NCBI GenBank assembly: GCA_902775285.1
Contig: CACYLI010000001.1
Coordinates: forward strand, 143,251 to 207,250
Source: an uncultured Erysipelotrichaceae bacterium
GTDB lineage: Bacteria > Bacillota_I > Bacilli_A > RF39 > UBA660
DNA: 64,000 nt
Reading direction: 5' to 3'
In this document: positions 9,753 to 20,915 of the stretch, piece by piece
Layout of the letters: every line of letters begins with the position of its first letter
How positions within the stretch are numbered: position 1 is the stretch's first letter
Position numbers and translations under genes: made by a program
The notes under the pieces: generated by a model
Databases searched by the model: none
The model's input: only the letters and a program-made list of their open reading frames with translations
Told to the model about the DNA's origin: nothing

Positions 9753-10478
9753 TTAATATGAATTGATTTTTGATAAGAAATTCTTTAATCTTTGATCCTT
9801 TGGACTCTCAAATATTTCTTTACTAGTACCCTCTTCTACAATTACTCCATCACTCATAAATACAACTTTTGTACAAAAGTTCTTTATAAAATTCATCTCA
9901 TGAGATACTACTATCATAGTCATACCTTCTTTAGCAAGTTTTCTCATTAAATTAGTTACTTCTCCTATCATTTCTGGATCTAGTGCACTAGTAGGTTCAT
10001 CAAATAATATAATATCAGGTTTCATCATAAGAGTTCTAATAATAGCAACTCTTTGTTTTTGTCCACCAGATATTTCACTTGGATAATTATTAGCTATATC
10101 TTCTAAATCAATATCTTTTAAATAATTCTTTGCAATTTTTATAGCATCTTGTTTTTTTAGTATTTTAAGTTTAACTGGAGCAAATATTATATTATCTAGT
10201 ACATTCATATGTTCAAAAAGATTAAATTGTTGAAATACCATTCCTATTCTTCTTCTAGTATTTGTAAAAGATTTATTATCTAATAAATTATCGCCTTCAA
10301 ATATTATTTTTCCACTATTAGGTTTTTCAAGTAAATTAATACATCTAAGTAATGTAGATTTTCCACATCCACTAGGTCCTATTATCCCAATTATATCTCT
10401 TTCATTTACATTTAAATTAATTCCATTTAATACTTTTTTATTACCAAATCTCTTTTTTAAATTTTTAATTTCAAGCAT
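9753..10478 (-). CDS. polar amino-acid ABC transporter, ATP-binding protein
   Basis: 241 aa. Walker A GPSGCGKST, signature LSGGQKQRVAI-like (ISGGQKQRVAIIR), Walker B ILFDEPTSALD. GlnQ/HisP-like length. Confidence 0.9.
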   Translation of the reverse strand: MLEIKNLKKRFGNKKVLNGINLNVNERDIIGIIGPSGCGKSTLLRCINLLEKPNSGKIIFEGDNLLDNKSFTNTRRRIGMVFQQFNLFEHMNVLDNIIFAPVKLKILKKQDAIKIAKNYLKDIDLEDIANNYPSEISGGQKQRVAIIRTLMMKPDIILFDEPTSALDPEMIGEVTNLMRKLAKEGMTMIVVSHEMNFIKNFCTKVVFMSDGVIVEEGTSKEIFESPKDQRLKNFLSKINSY

Positions 10479-11886
10479 TTTTCAACCTCTTTTCCATACT
10501 ATTTATAAGTTTACTTAATAAAAGAGTAATTATTAAGTAAATAATAGCAATTAGAATTAATGGGAAGAAATAATCATATGTTCTAGAGGCAATTATATCA
10601 GAAGCTTTAGTTAATTCTACTATTCCAATATATGCTCCTATTGAAGTTTCTTTAACTAATGTAATGAATTCATTTCCCAAAGCAGGTAATATATTTTTTA
10701 TAGCTTGTGGTAGTATTATTTTACTTATTACTTGATAATAATTAAGACCTAATGAATATCCTGCTTCCCATTGTCCTTTACTTATTGAAGATATACCAGC
10801 TCTAATTATTTCAGCTACATAAGCACCACTATTTATTCCAAATGCAAGAATACCAACTAATACTATATTTATATTAGTTTGTTTAAATATAACGTAATAT
10901 ATAATCATTAATTGTAATGTAGAAGGAGTTCCTCTTATAATTGATACATATGTTTTTGATATTAAGTTTAATAGCTTTAAATGTCCAGTATTTTCATATA
11001 TATTTCTTGAGATAGAGGCAATAGTACCAAGAACTATTCCAATTAATACAGCTCCAATTGCAATTAATAATGTGTTTTTTAAACCTTCTAATATATATTT
11101 ATATCTTCCATCATATATTACACTATTATAAAATCTATCATATAAACTAATTTTACTTTCTTTTTTATGTTTTTCTATACCCATATGTTCAAGCAAAAAT
11201 TTATCGATTTCTCCAGATTCTTTTAAATCATTAATTACTTTATTAGCATCTTCTAAAAGTTTAGTATTACCTTTTTTTACAATCATTCCATAATTATCAA
11301 CAAGCAAAGGCTCATCTAAAATCCTCATATTATCATCTATTAATTTTGTTGCTGGTAATTCATCCATCACTACAGCATCAACCTTATCATCTTTCAAATC
11401 CTGTATAGCAGCTAAAAATTTTTTCTCACGAGTTAAGTCTACTCCTGGATAATTTTCTGTTATATATGAATCTGCTACAGATCCTAATTGAACAGCTATT
11501 TTTAATAGTTTAATATCATCTATATTATAAATATTAGTTTTCTTTTTAACGATAACTACTTGTTTAGACTCTGAATAATTTATAGTAAAATCAACTTCTT
11601 TACTTCGCTCTTCTGTATAACTAATTCCAGCTGCACCTATATCACTTTTGCCAGTTTTAACTTCACTAATAATTGAATCAAATGCAACATCTTTTATTAC
11701 TAATTCCATATCTAAATAATCAGCTATTTTTTTTGCTATATCTATATCAACTCCAACAATTTCTCCATTTGAATAATACTCGTATGGAGCAAATCCAGCT
11801 TCAGTTGATAATATAAGTTGTTGCTTTTTATTTCCACAACTTGTTAACAATAAAAAACTAAATATAATAATAAATAACTTTTTCAT
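10471..11886 (-). CDS. amino-acid ABC transporter, fused lipoprotein substrate-binding domain + permease
   Basis: 471 aa. Lipobox LLLTSC after the signal peptide. Family-3 SBP-like N-half (GFAPYEY, DIGAAGISYTEER). C-half has 5 TM helices and the EAA-like loop (EAGYSLGLNYYQVISKIILPQA). Confidence 0.85.
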   Translation of the reverse strand: MKKLFIIIFSFLLLTSCGNKKQQLILSTEAGFAPYEYYSNGEIVGVDIDIAKKIADYLDMELVIKDVAFDSIISEVKTGKSDIGAAGISYTEERSKEVDFTINYSESKQVVIVKKKTNIYNIDDIKLLKIAVQLGSVADSYITENYPGVDLTREKKFLAAIQDLKDDKVDAVVMDELPATKLIDDNMRILDEPLLVDNYGMIVKKGNTKLLEDANKVINDLKESGEIDKFLLEHMGIEKHKKESKISLYDRFYNSVIYDGRYKYILEGLKNTLLIAIGAVLIGIVLGTIASISRNIYENTGHLKLLNLISKTYVSIIRGTPSTLQLMIIYYVIFKQTNINIVLVGILAFGINSGAYVAEIIRAGISSISKGQWEAGYSLGLNYYQVISKIILPQAIKNILPALGNEFITLVKETSIGAYIGIVELTKASDIIASRTYDYFFPLILIAIIYLIITLLLSKLINSMEKRLKNA

Positions 11887-11923
11887 ACGATACCTCTATT
11901 ATAATGATAACACATTTTTGCAA

Positions 11924-11947
11924 ATAAAAAAGCACAAAATTGTGCTT
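11924..11947 (-). terminator. intrinsic terminator of the arc operon
   Basis: AGCACA-AAAT-TGTGCT (11931-11946) followed on the minus strand by a T-run. Lies 9 nt after the YfcC stop. Confidence 0.6.
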
Positions 11948-11955
11948 AATTATTT

Positions 11956-13452
11956 TTATAATAAAACCATTGCAGCCGTTAAAATTATAATATTAACTAA
12001 TGCAATACATACAAGGATTTTAAATGCCCATTTTAACCATGTAGTAAATTCTACACCAGCTAGTTTTAATCCACCCATGATAGCTCCACAAGTTGGAGTA
12101 AATAGATTAACAAATCCATTAGCAGCAACCATACCCATAATAGTAGCTTCTACTGAATAACCAACACTATGTGCAAGTGGTCCCATAATTGGTGTTGATA
12201 AACTAGCTAAACCACTTGAAGATGGAACTAATACTGATAAAATTACATGAAGAATATAGTTAAGTGGTGCAAATACTCCTTTTGGAACATGTTGTAATGT
12301 TTGAGCTGCATTATAGATAATATAGTTATCTAAATGAGTTTGAGTCATTAAAACAGAAGCTCCTCTTGCAAGTGCTATTACTAAAATAACACCAACCATA
12401 TCATCAGCACCATCAATAAATGTATCAACAAATTCATGTTCTCCAGTTCTATTAACAAATCCAATAATGATTGTCATTATTAAGAACCATAATGTTGATT
12501 CTTGGAAATACCATTCTCCTAATGGTAAACCTGTAATAGTACTAAATATTTTTCCTTTTTCAAATATAGTAACATCAAAGCTTCCCCATGGAATAAATCC
12601 AACAATCATAATAACAAATGTTAATAAGAATAACCATAATGTAACTTTTTGTTTTCCAGATAATTTTGCTTCTTCTTTTGTATCATTTTCTTTTTCACCA
12701 TAATTTTCTTCCATGTATTTAACTTCTTGAAGTGATAAGAAAGTTGATCCTTTTTTAGAAATAACTTTTTTAGCATATTTTACAACAAATGTAGCACAAA
12801 GTGCATATGTTGTTAACCATAATAATACACCAATTAAAATTATTTGTCCTTGATTAACCATTATTCCATCTGGTAAAGCATCTACTGCTGCTCCTACTGC
12901 AAATGGATTAATAGTTGAACCTAAAACTCCAGAACCAGCTCCTAATAATACAACTGCAGAAGCAACAATTGTATCCATACCAGCTGCTACCATTGCAGCA
13001 CTTAATAATGCATAAAAACCAACTGTTTCTTCAAGCATTCCATATGTTGTACCTCCAATAGAGAAAATAAACATAAGAATTGGAATTAAGATAAGCTCTT
13101 TTCCTTTAAGTTTTTTAATCAAAACTTTAATTCCAGTTTCAAGTGCTCCTGTTTTTGTAACAACTTTCAAAAATGCACCTAAAACCAATACGAATAAACA
13201 AATGTCAATTGCATCTGCAAATCCTAATATTGGAGCTAAAAATGTTTGTGATAATGTTGCTCCAATTACTCCACTACCATCAATAAGTTCTTCACCATTA
13301 AATTGTGCTACAGGCAAAAAATGAGTAATTATCGCAAGTACAAATGTAAGTAACAAAATAATAGTGAATGCAGAAAGAGTTAACTTTCTTTTTTTAGATA
13401 CAGCAAGAAAATCTTTTTTGCCGATCTTTTTTTTCTTTTCTTGGACTTCCAT
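11956..13452 (-). CDS. YfcC-family transporter (putative basic amino-acid/arginine-ornithine antiporter)
   Basis: 498 aa polytopic membrane protein of the DcuC/YfcC type. Last gene of the arc operon; its ATG overlaps the arcC stop (TAATG). Confidence 0.7.
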   Translation of the reverse strand: MEVQEKKKKIGKKDFLAVSKKRKLTLSAFTIILLLTFVLAIITHFLPVAQFNGEELIDGSGVIGATLSQTFLAPILGFADAIDICLFVLVLGAFLKVVTKTGALETGIKVLIKKLKGKELILIPILMFIFSIGGTTYGMLEETVGFYALLSAAMVAAGMDTIVASAVVLLGAGSGVLGSTINPFAVGAAVDALPDGIMVNQGQIILIGVLLWLTTYALCATFVVKYAKKVISKKGSTFLSLQEVKYMEENYGEKENDTKEEAKLSGKQKVTLWLFLLTFVIMIVGFIPWGSFDVTIFEKGKIFSTITGLPLGEWYFQESTLWFLIMTIIIGFVNRTGEHEFVDTFIDGADDMVGVILVIALARGASVLMTQTHLDNYIIYNAAQTLQHVPKGVFAPLNYILHVILSVLVPSSSGLASLSTPIMGPLAHSVGYSVEATIMGMVAANGFVNLFTPTCGAIMGGLKLAGVEFTTWLKWAFKILVCIALVNIIILTAAMVLL

Positions 13453-14381
13453 TATTTTTTCCCTCCTTCTATGGTCGTACCAGTTTTTCCTTCTATTGCT
13501 AACTTGGCTTTTGCTAAAGATGTAATTATTGCTTTTTTTCCTCTAGTATGTTCTATAAAATACATACAAGCTTCTACTTTAGGAAGCATTGATCCTTCAG
13601 CAAATTCCTTGTTTTCAATATACTCTTTAATTTCAGACATACTTACATTTCCTAATTTCTTTTCATTAGGTTTCTTATAATTAATTGATGCTTTTTCAAC
13701 TGTTGTTAATATAAGTAATATATCTGCTTTTAATTTAGTTGCAAGTAATGCACTTGTTCTATCTTTATCAATTACTGCATCTACTCCCTTATAACCACTT
13801 CTTTTCTTTACAACTGGAATTCCTCCACCTCCACATGTGATAACTACATTTTTTTCTTTAATCATTTTTTCAATTGTATTAAGTTCACATATTTTTATTG
13901 GTTTTGGAGATGGAACTACTCTTCTATATCCTCTTCCTGCATCTTCTTTGTATACTCCATTGCCTTCTTTTTGAAATTGCATTGCTTCTTTTTTTGTATA
14001 AAAGATTCCAATTGGTTTAGTTGGATTTTTAAATGCAGGATCTTTAGCATCTACTTCTACTTGAGAAACAATAGTTGCTACTTTTTTTCTCATGTTACGT
14101 TTTTCAAATTCTGCTTGCATAGCTTGTTGTAAGTGATATCCTATGTATCCTTGACTCATAGCTCCACATTCAGCAAATGGAAAACCCTCTTCTTTATTAT
14201 CTGATGCCATAGCTTTATAAATCATTCCAACTTGAGGACCATTACCATGTGTAATTATAATTTCATGCCCCATTGTAACTAAATCAACTAATCTTCTTGC
14301 TGTTTTCTTAACAGTTGCCAACTGTTCTTTAGCATTACTTCCTAATGCATTTCCACCTAACGCTACTACTATTCTACTCAT
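13452..14381 (-). CDS. arcC: carbamate kinase
   Basis: 309 aa. [31 protein letters not shown] motifs. ATGA overlap with arcB. Confidence 0.93.
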   Translation of the reverse strand: MSRIVVALGGNALGSNAKEQLATVKKTARRLVDLVTMGHEIIITHGNGPQVGMIYKAMASDNKEEGFPFAECGAMSQGYIGYHLQQAMQAEFEKRNMRKKVATIVSQVEVDAKDPAFKNPTKPIGIFYTKKEAMQFQKEGNGVYKEDAGRGYRRVVPSPKPIKICELNTIEKMIKEKNVVITCGGGGIPVVKKRSGYKGVDAVIDKDRTSALLATKLKADILLILTTVEKASINYKKPNEKKLGNVSMSEIKEYIENKEFAEGSMLPKVEACMYFIEHTRGKKAIITSLAKAKLAIEGKTGTTIEGGKK

Positions 14382-15370
14382 GGTTTAAGTGTCTCCAACA
14401 TAACAGCTTTAATAGTATGTTTTCTATTTTCAGCTTCTTCAAATACTCTTGAGTGAGAAGATTCAAATACTTCATCACTTACTTCCATTTCTTTTAAACC
14501 ATACTTTTCATAAATCTCTTTTCCAATAGTTGTATCAATATTATGAAATGATGGTAAACAATGTAAAAATATAGCGTTTGGTTTGGCATTATTCATTACT
14601 TTCATATTTACTTGATAAGGTAATAACAATTTAATTCTATCTTTCCATAATTCCATAGGTTCTCCCATTGAAACCCACACATCTGTATATAATACATCAG
14701 CATTTTTTGTAGCTTTCATTATATCAGTTTCAAGTTTAATAGTACCACCTGTTTCCTTACAAATTTCTTTACAAGTTTTTACAAGTTTTTCATCTGGAAA
14801 CAATTCACTTGGAGCAGCACATACAAAATTCATTCCTAATTTTGAACATACTACCATTAAAGAATTTCCCACATTATTTCTTGCATCCCCACAAAAACAT
14901 AATGTAATTCCTTTTAATTTTCCAAATTCTTCTCTAACAGTCATAACATCTGCAAGCATTTGAGTTGGATGAAATTCATTTGTTAATCCATTCCATACAG
15001 GAACACTTGAATACTTAGCTAAATCTTCAACTATTGTTTGATCAAAACCTCTATATTCAATTCCATCATACATTCTACAAAGTACTCTTGCAGTATCTGC
15101 TATAGTTTCTTTTTTACCTAATTGTGAACCAGTTGGTCCAATATAAGTTGCTTGCATTCCTAAATCTACTGCACCAGATTCAAATGCACATCTAGTTCTT
15201 GTAGAGTCTTTTTCAAAAATTAAAGCAACTTGTTTTCCTTTTAAGTATTTATGTGATTCATTATTATACTTTTGTTTTTTTAATGTTGTTGCGACTTTTA
15301 AAAGATGATTTATTTCTTTTGGAGTAAAATCTAATAATTTTAAAAAGTCTCTTCCTCTTAAATCTACCAT
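14378..15370 (-). CDS. arcB: ornithine carbamoyltransferase (catabolic)
   Basis: Start moved to ATG 15370 ([15 protein letters not shown]). STRTR, HPTQ and HCLP motifs. Overlaps the arcA stop by 7 nt. Confidence 0.93.
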   Translation of the reverse strand: MVDLRGRDFLKLLDFTPKEINHLLKVATTLKKQKYNNESHKYLKGKQVALIFEKDSTRTRCAFESGAVDLGMQATYIGPTGSQLGKKETIADTARVLCRMYDGIEYRGFDQTIVEDLAKYSSVPVWNGLTNEFHPTQMLADVMTVREEFGKLKGITLCFCGDARNNVGNSLMVVCSKLGMNFVCAAPSELFPDEKLVKTCKEICKETGGTIKLETDIMKATKNADVLYTDVWVSMGEPMELWKDRIKLLLPYQVNMKVMNNAKPNAIFLHCLPSFHNIDTTIGKEIYEKYGLKEMEVSDEVFESSHSRVFEEAENRKHTIKAVMLETLKP

Positions 15371-16611
15371 TCTACATCCTCTCTTACTAGTGGCATGCTC
15401 ATACATCTTGGACCTCCACGACCACGAGATAATTCAGCACCATGTATTTCTATTACTTTAAGTCCTTCTTTTCTTAGCACTTCATTTGTAACATTATTTC
15501 TATCATAAACAACTACTGTTCCTGGAGCTATACAAAGTGTATTAGATCCATCATTCCATTGTTCTCTTTCTGCAGATACTTTATCTCCTCCAGCACATGG
15601 AATTAATTTAACTGGATGTTTTAAGTATTTTTCTAATATTTTATCTAAAGGAGCATTAATTTCTTTAACATTTAAATCTTCAAATGTAGTAGGATCAAAT
15701 CCTTCAGTAATTTCAAATACTTGTAATGTACCCATAATACCAGGATGATAAGTAAATGTATATTTATCTATTTGAGTAAATACAGTATCTAAATGCATAA
15801 ATGCACGACTTGAAGGTATATTAAATGCAAGAATTGTATCTATCTTACATGCTGGATCTTTAAAATAATTCTTTGCAAGTTGATCTATTGCTTCTGGTTG
15901 TGTTCTTTGACTAATACCTATAGCAATAATCTTATCATTAATATTTAATAAATCTCCACCTTCAGTATGCCAATCATATTTTCTATTATAATACATTGTA
16001 GTTTTATTATAATCTGGATGATATTTAAATACGTATTCTGCATAAATACATTCTCTATTTCTTGTAACAGAATACATTCTATGTAAATCTATACCTTCAC
16101 CTACACTTGCAAAATTATCTCTTGTAAAATACAAGTTTGGCATTGGATCAGCTATAAATTTATCTGGAGTATTTACTAAATCTACCAAAGTTTTTTCAAC
16201 ATCTCTTTTACTCTTTGGTAAATCTCCAACTTGAATACCTTCCATTGTTTTTAATACTATTTTTTTAGGATCTTTAATACCAATTAAATAATGTTCTACT
16301 AAATCTCTATACTTAATTGTATTAATTCCTGCTTCTTTCATAAATTGTCTAATAAATTTTAATCTAATTTCATCATTTATAGAAAGAACTTCAGCTACTA
16401 AATCTTCTAAATATACTACTTCTACACCATTATCTCTTAAAGCTTGAGCAAATGCATCATGTTCTTTTTGTGCATCTGGTAAAAAAGGTATATCATCAAA
16501 TAGTAATCTTTCTAGTGTATCAGGCGTTAAATTTAAAAGTTCATTACCCGGTCTATGTAGTAATACTTTCTTTAATTTTCCTATTTCACTAGTTACATGA
16601 ATATTCCCCAT
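15364..16611 (-). CDS. arcA: arginine deiminase
   Basis: 415 aa. [23 protein letters not shown], and the C-terminal catalytic Cys context [10 protein letters not shown]. Confidence 0.95.
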   Translation of the reverse strand: MGNIHVTSEIGKLKKVLLHRPGNELLNLTPDTLERLLFDDIPFLPDAQKEHDAFAQALRDNGVEVVYLEDLVAEVLSINDEIRLKFIRQFMKEAGINTIKYRDLVEHYLIGIKDPKKIVLKTMEGIQVGDLPKSKRDVEKTLVDLVNTPDKFIADPMPNLYFTRDNFASVGEGIDLHRMYSVTRNRECIYAEYVFKYHPDYNKTTMYYNRKYDWHTEGGDLLNINDKIIAIGISQRTQPEAIDQLAKNYFKDPACKIDTILAFNIPSSRAFMHLDTVFTQIDKYTFTYHPGIMGTLQVFEITEGFDPTTFEDLNVKEINAPLDKILEKYLKHPVKLIPCAGGDKVSAEREQWNDGSNTLCIAPGTVVVYDRNNVTNEVLRKEGLKVIEIHGAELSRGRGGPRCMSMPLVREDVEW

Positions 16612-16694
16612 TTTTATTCCTCCTACTTTCTTATTCTATACATTATTATTATAGCATATAAAAAAACAAAAACAAGAACATAACTTATTTTTGT

Positions 16695-17153
16695 TTATCT
16701 TATTATTTCTTTAATCGCACATATTTTATCTGATATACATAGTATTATGCTTTCTTTATATTTAGGAAGTCTTAAATTAAGTGGAAACATATGTGTATAA
16801 ATCATATTTTTTTCTATATCATTTAAATCAAAAACTTTATTTGCATTTTTTAAAGCTCTTGATGCATGAGTAAATCCATGTAGTCTATGTGATGGATCAT
16901 TTTCATGCCAATCATATAAAAAATAATCATGTAACAAACATCCTCTAATTAATGATTTAGTGTCTATATTAATATTAAATTTATTAACCATTTTTAGTGA
17001 ATACCTAGCAACATTTAAAACATGAGAATAAACACTTACATTTTTATGCTGCATGTATTTAGTTTGTTTCTTAAAATCTAAATCATTTAATATGTCAGAT
17101 GCATATTTATTTATAATTTCATCAAAGTTCAATTTAACACTCTCCCAAAACAT
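16695..17153 (-). CDS. HD-domain phosphohydrolase-like protein
   Basis: About 152 aa. H...HD signature (SVYSHVLNV ... CLLHDYF). Track ORF starts at TTG 17162; first ATG is at 17153. Confidence 0.6.
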   Translation of the reverse strand: MFWESVKLNFDEIINKYASDILNDLDFKKQTKYMQHKNVSVYSHVLNVARYSLKMVNKFNINIDTKSLIRGCLLHDYFLYDWHENDPSHRLHGFTHASRALKNANKVFDLNDIEKNMIYTHMFPLNLRLPKYKESIILCISDKICAIKEIIR

Positions 17154-17235
17154 TATAACCAATTTTTATTTTTTTACAAACACTTTTTGTTGAAAAAAAT
17201 GATTATTGTATATATAATTATTCAAGGAGTGCGTA

Positions 17236-18282
17236 ATGAAAGATAAAAGGAAAATAATTATTAATGTATTATTATTCATTATTTTATTATATATTACCTA
17301 TTATATTATATTTTATATTATATTCAATAATCAAAATCCTAAACAATTTATACACAATTTTGATAAAGTGAATATAAATTTTGTTATATTAAGTTTTTTT
17401 GTTATGTTTTTATATTTTATAATTGAAGGATATAATATAAAAGTTCTTTTAAAATCATTAAATGAAAAAATATCAATATTACAAGGTATAAAATATACAA
17501 TGATTGGTTTTTTCTTTAGTGCTATTACTCCAGCTGCATCTGGAGGACAACCAATGGAAATATATTATATGTCAAAAGATGATATAAAAGTATCTCATGC
17601 AACAATTTCATTATTAATTCATCTTTTTGGATACCAATTTAGTGTAGTTTTCCTAGGAATAATTTGTTCTTTATTAAATACACAAATTTTTGATACTAAA
17701 CTAACAATTCTATTTATTATTGGAACTCTTCTAAATTCAATTTCTCTTTTTTTAACATTTGTAGGTATATTTTCTAAATCATTATCAAAAAGAATTATTA
17801 ATTTAGCAAAAAAAATAATTAAGTTTTTTAATATTAAAAACTCAGAATATTTAAATGAAAAAATAAGTAAAGAGTACTTAATATATACAGAAAGTTCTAC
17901 TTATATTTTAAAACATAAAAAGCAATTCATTATGGCAGTATTTAGGGCTTTTTTACAAGTTATTATTTTAAATTCATGTATATTTTTCACATATAAATCT
18001 TTTGGTCTTAATACTTATAATTATTTTGAATTACTACAAATTCAGCTTATACTTAGTTGTTCAGTAACTTCAATTCCATTACCTGGTTCAATTGGAATAA
18101 GTGAATCAGTATTTATAATGATATATGAAGCTATGTTTGGTTTATTATTAACTAATGCTTTATTAATAAATAGATTTATAAGTTTCTATTCATATGTTTT
18201 AATTTGTATGTTTGTAGTTTTAATAAATAAAATGGTTTTAATAATTAAAGACAAGAAAAAAGAAAATATTTTAAAACAATAA
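17236..18282 (+). CDS. flippase-like / lysyl-PG-synthase-TM-like (UPF0104) membrane protein
   Basis: 348 aa, about 8 TM helices. Motif SAITPAASGGQPMEIYYM typical of this family. RBS AAGGAG. Confidence 0.6.
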   Translation: MKDKRKIIINVLLFIILLYITYYIIFYIIFNNQNPKQFIHNFDKVNINFVILSFFVMFLYFIIEGYNIKVLLKSLNEKISILQGIKYTMIGFFFSAITPAASGGQPMEIYYMSKDDIKVSHATISLLIHLFGYQFSVVFLGIICSLLNTQIFDTKLTILFIIGTLLNSISLFLTFVGIFSKSLSKRIINLAKKIIKFFNIKNSEYLNEKISKEYLIYTESSTYILKHKKQFIMAVFRAFLQVIILNSCIFFTYKSFGLNTYNYFELLQIQLILSCSVTSIPLPGSIGISESVFIMIYEAMFGLLLTNALLINRFISFYSYVLICMFVVLINKMVLIIKDKKKENILKQ

Positions 18283-18286
18283 AAAA

Positions 18287-18310
18287 AGTTATTATTAAAT
18301 AACTTTTTTT
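18287..18310 (+). terminator. intrinsic terminator
   Basis: AGTTATT-ATTA-AATAACT followed by TTTTTT. Confidence 0.7.
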
Positions 18311-18523
18311 ACCTGATAATAAAATGTATTTATATTAATACTTTAAACATACTACATCACGATTTATATAGTATATTTTTAACTGCCTTCCTCACCAGAA
18401 AGCATGTAAATTATACCATATTTTATCAATTTTGTCAAATTTCATAAACTTTTACACATAAAAATAGGTATTTCTTGTTAAAATAAAAATATATGTTATA
18501 ATGAATATATACTGGTGATTAAT

Positions 18524-18958
18524 ATGAAAAAAGAAAGTGATTTAAATGTTATATTTTTAGATTTTGATGGTGTCATAAACATAAAGGAAGATGAATTTAG
18601 TACTCCTCATGTTAGTGAAGAAGCAATTAAATATCTAAATAAATTATGTCTAGAAACAGGATATAAGATAGTTGTATGTAGTTCTTGGAGAGAACATATA
18701 CAATATAAAAAATTCTTATATGATAATGGTCTAGATGAAAATATTCAAGTTTTAGGTAAAACCGACACATACAATTGTGGAAGAATATTTGAAATAAAAA
18801 AATATATTGAAGAGAATGATGTTAATAAATATATTATTATAGATGATGGGTTCTTTGGAGAACAATATGTATCTCATCATATTCAAACAGCTCCTTCATT
18901 AGGATTCACAGAAAACAAATATAAAGAAGCATTATTAAAAATGAGTAAATTAGATTAA
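18524..18958 (+). CDS. small stand-alone HAD-superfamily phosphatase-like protein
   Basis: HAD motifs I FLDFDGVIN, II VVCSSWR, IV IIIDDG. About 144 aa from ATG 18524 (GGTGA 7 nt upstream). Confidence 0.55.
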   Translation: MKKESDLNVIFLDFDGVINIKEDEFSTPHVSEEAIKYLNKLCLETGYKIVVCSSWREHIQYKKFLYDNGLDENIQVLGKTDTYNCGRIFEIKKYIEENDVNKYIIIDDGFFGEQYVSHHIQTAPSLGFTENKYKEALLKMSKLD

Positions 18959-19927
18959 TTACTCATTTTTTATTTTACTAACTAAACTTAATTTTTTTAT
19001 ATTTAAATTATTATTTTTTCCATATCCTAATTCAATATCTGGTTTAACATTAATTCCATGAAAATCACTACCTCCACTATATAACAAGTTATTTTCATAT
19101 GCAATTTTCAAATATGCATCCATTTGTTCTTTACTATGATTAGAATGATATACTTCTATTCCATCCAATCCACAAGATATTAATTTTTTTACCATTTTTA
19201 ATAATTCTATATCATTTAATTCCAAAGAATATGGGTGAGCAAGTATCGCATATCCTTTAGCATTTTTTATTAATGATATTGCTTCTTCATAATTAATACC
19301 TTTATTTAGTTTTCTAACTCTTCCATACATTTCAGTTAAATACTTATCAAACGCTTCTTGTACAGTTTTTACATAACCATATTTAATCATTAATTTAGCT
19401 ATTTCTGGTCTTCCGATATTACCTTTTTTATTAAGAACTTTTAATATATCTTCTGTACTAAAAGAAATACCTTCATTTCTTCTTAAATCATTAAAATATG
19501 AAATCATTGAATATATACTATTATTTTTAAGTTCAACTAATTTATCATTTAATTCCTTATTATTAATATCAATATTATATCCAAGCATATGCATTCTTCC
19601 ATGATTAACCTTTACAGATAATTCTATTCCATTAATAAAGAATAAACCACTTTTATTAAGAAAATCACTATAATTATTTCTTACCATTTTAACTGCATCA
19701 ATATTATCATGATCAGTTATAGCAAATGTAGAAACACCATTATCAATAGCTAAATTTAATAATTCAATCGGAGTTAACTCTCCATCAGAAAAAACTGAAT
19801 GTGAATGTAAATCTATTATTTTATCTTTCTTTTTATAATTCTCAAATTTTTTGCTTATCATATTATCTAAAGTAGATATCATTAAATCCACTTCTCTTTC
19901 TTCTGCTTCTTCATAAATATATTTCAT
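18959..19927 (-). CDS. PHP-domain phosphoesterase (TrpH/YciV-like)
   Basis: Start at ATG 19927 (GAGGAGGG RBS). IDLHSHSVFSDGE, FAITDHD, AHP..., GIEVYHS, GGSDFHG motifs of the PHP fold. Confidence 0.8.
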   Translation of the reverse strand: MKYIYEEAEEREVDLMISTLDNMISKKFENYKKKDKIIDLHSHSVFSDGELTPIELLNLAIDNGVSTFAITDHDNIDAVKMVRNNYSDFLNKSGLFFINGIELSVKVNHGRMHMLGYNIDINNKELNDKLVELKNNSIYSMISYFNDLRRNEGISFSTEDILKVLNKKGNIGRPEIAKLMIKYGYVKTVQEAFDKYLTEMYGRVRKLNKGINYEEAISLIKNAKGYAILAHPYSLELNDIELLKMVKKLISCGLDGIEVYHSNHSKEQMDAYLKIAYENNLLYSGGSDFHGINVKPDIELGYGKNNNLNIKKLSLVSKIKNE

Positions 19928-20013
19928 ATTATCCCTCCTCACTTGTAGTATATAATACATTTTGTTATAATAAAAATACATAATTATTATGTTTATTATA
20001 ACCGGAGGTTATT

Positions 20014-20910
20014 ATGAATATTGATTTTGAATTATATAGAATTTTTTATGTTGTTGCTAATAACAAAAACATTACTAAAGCTAGTAATGAATTACACATT
20101 TCTCAACCAGCAATAAGTAAATCAATAAAAAAATTAGAAGACAAGCTAGGAGGTCAATTATTTGTTAGAACTAAAAGAGGTGTAATACTAACAGATGAAG
20201 GCAAAGAGTTTTATAAATATATAAAACAAAGTATAGAATTTATAAATAGTGCAGAAAATAGATTTACTGAACTTATTAATCTTGAAACAGGATTAATAAG
20301 AATCGGAGCAAGTACAACTTTAACAAAAGAATTTTTAATACCATATATAAAAGAATTTCATGAATTATACCCAAATATAGATATTCAGATTAGTACTGAT
20401 ATATCTACAGACTTAATTCAAAAATTACGAAATGGTTTAATAGATATAGTAATATCATTTTTACCAGATAAACAAGATAAAGATTTAGATTATATTAAAT
20501 GTAAAAAAATTCAAGATTGTTTTGTAGTTGGAAACAAATATAAAGACTTAATAAATAAACAAATGACATTAAAAGATTTATCAAATTACCCATTAATATT
20601 TCAATCAAATGTTTCAAATACAAGAAAATTTCTAAATAAATATTTAAACGATAACAATGTTAATTTAATTCCAAATATAGAATTAGCTAGTTATACACTA
20701 GTTAGAGATTTTACCATTATAAATTTAGGAATTGGATATGTTATAAAAGATTTTATTAAAGACTTTATAAATAAAAAAGAACTATTTATTTTAGATATAA
20801 AACCAGATATTCCACCAAGATATATTGGAATAATCACTTCTAAATCGCATCTACCAAACTTTAGTACAAAAAAATTAATTGAAATAATCAAAAAAAATAA
20901 TTTAGATTAA
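20014..20910 (+). CDS. LysR-family transcriptional regulator
   Basis: 298 aa. N-terminal wHTH ITKASNELHISQPAISKSIKKLEDKLGGQLFVR. Divergent from the PHP gene. Confidence 0.9.
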   Translation: MNIDFELYRIFYVVANNKNITKASNELHISQPAISKSIKKLEDKLGGQLFVRTKRGVILTDEGKEFYKYIKQSIEFINSAENRFTELINLETGLIRIGASTTLTKEFLIPYIKEFHELYPNIDIQISTDISTDLIQKLRNGLIDIVISFLPDKQDKDLDYIKCKKIQDCFVVGNKYKDLINKQMTLKDLSNYPLIFQSNVSNTRKFLNKYLNDNNVNLIPNIELASYTLVRDFTIINLGIGYVIKDFIKDFINKKELFILDIKPDIPPRYIGIITSKSHLPNFSTKKLIEIIKKNNLD

Positions 20911-20915
20911 CTAAA

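Noticed and set aside
15371-15406. N-terminal extension of the arcB ORF ([12 protein letters not shown]) overlapping arcA
   Set aside because: The extension lies inside the arcA coding sequence and lacks an RBS. The OTC family N-terminus begins at [10 protein letters not shown] (ATG 15370).
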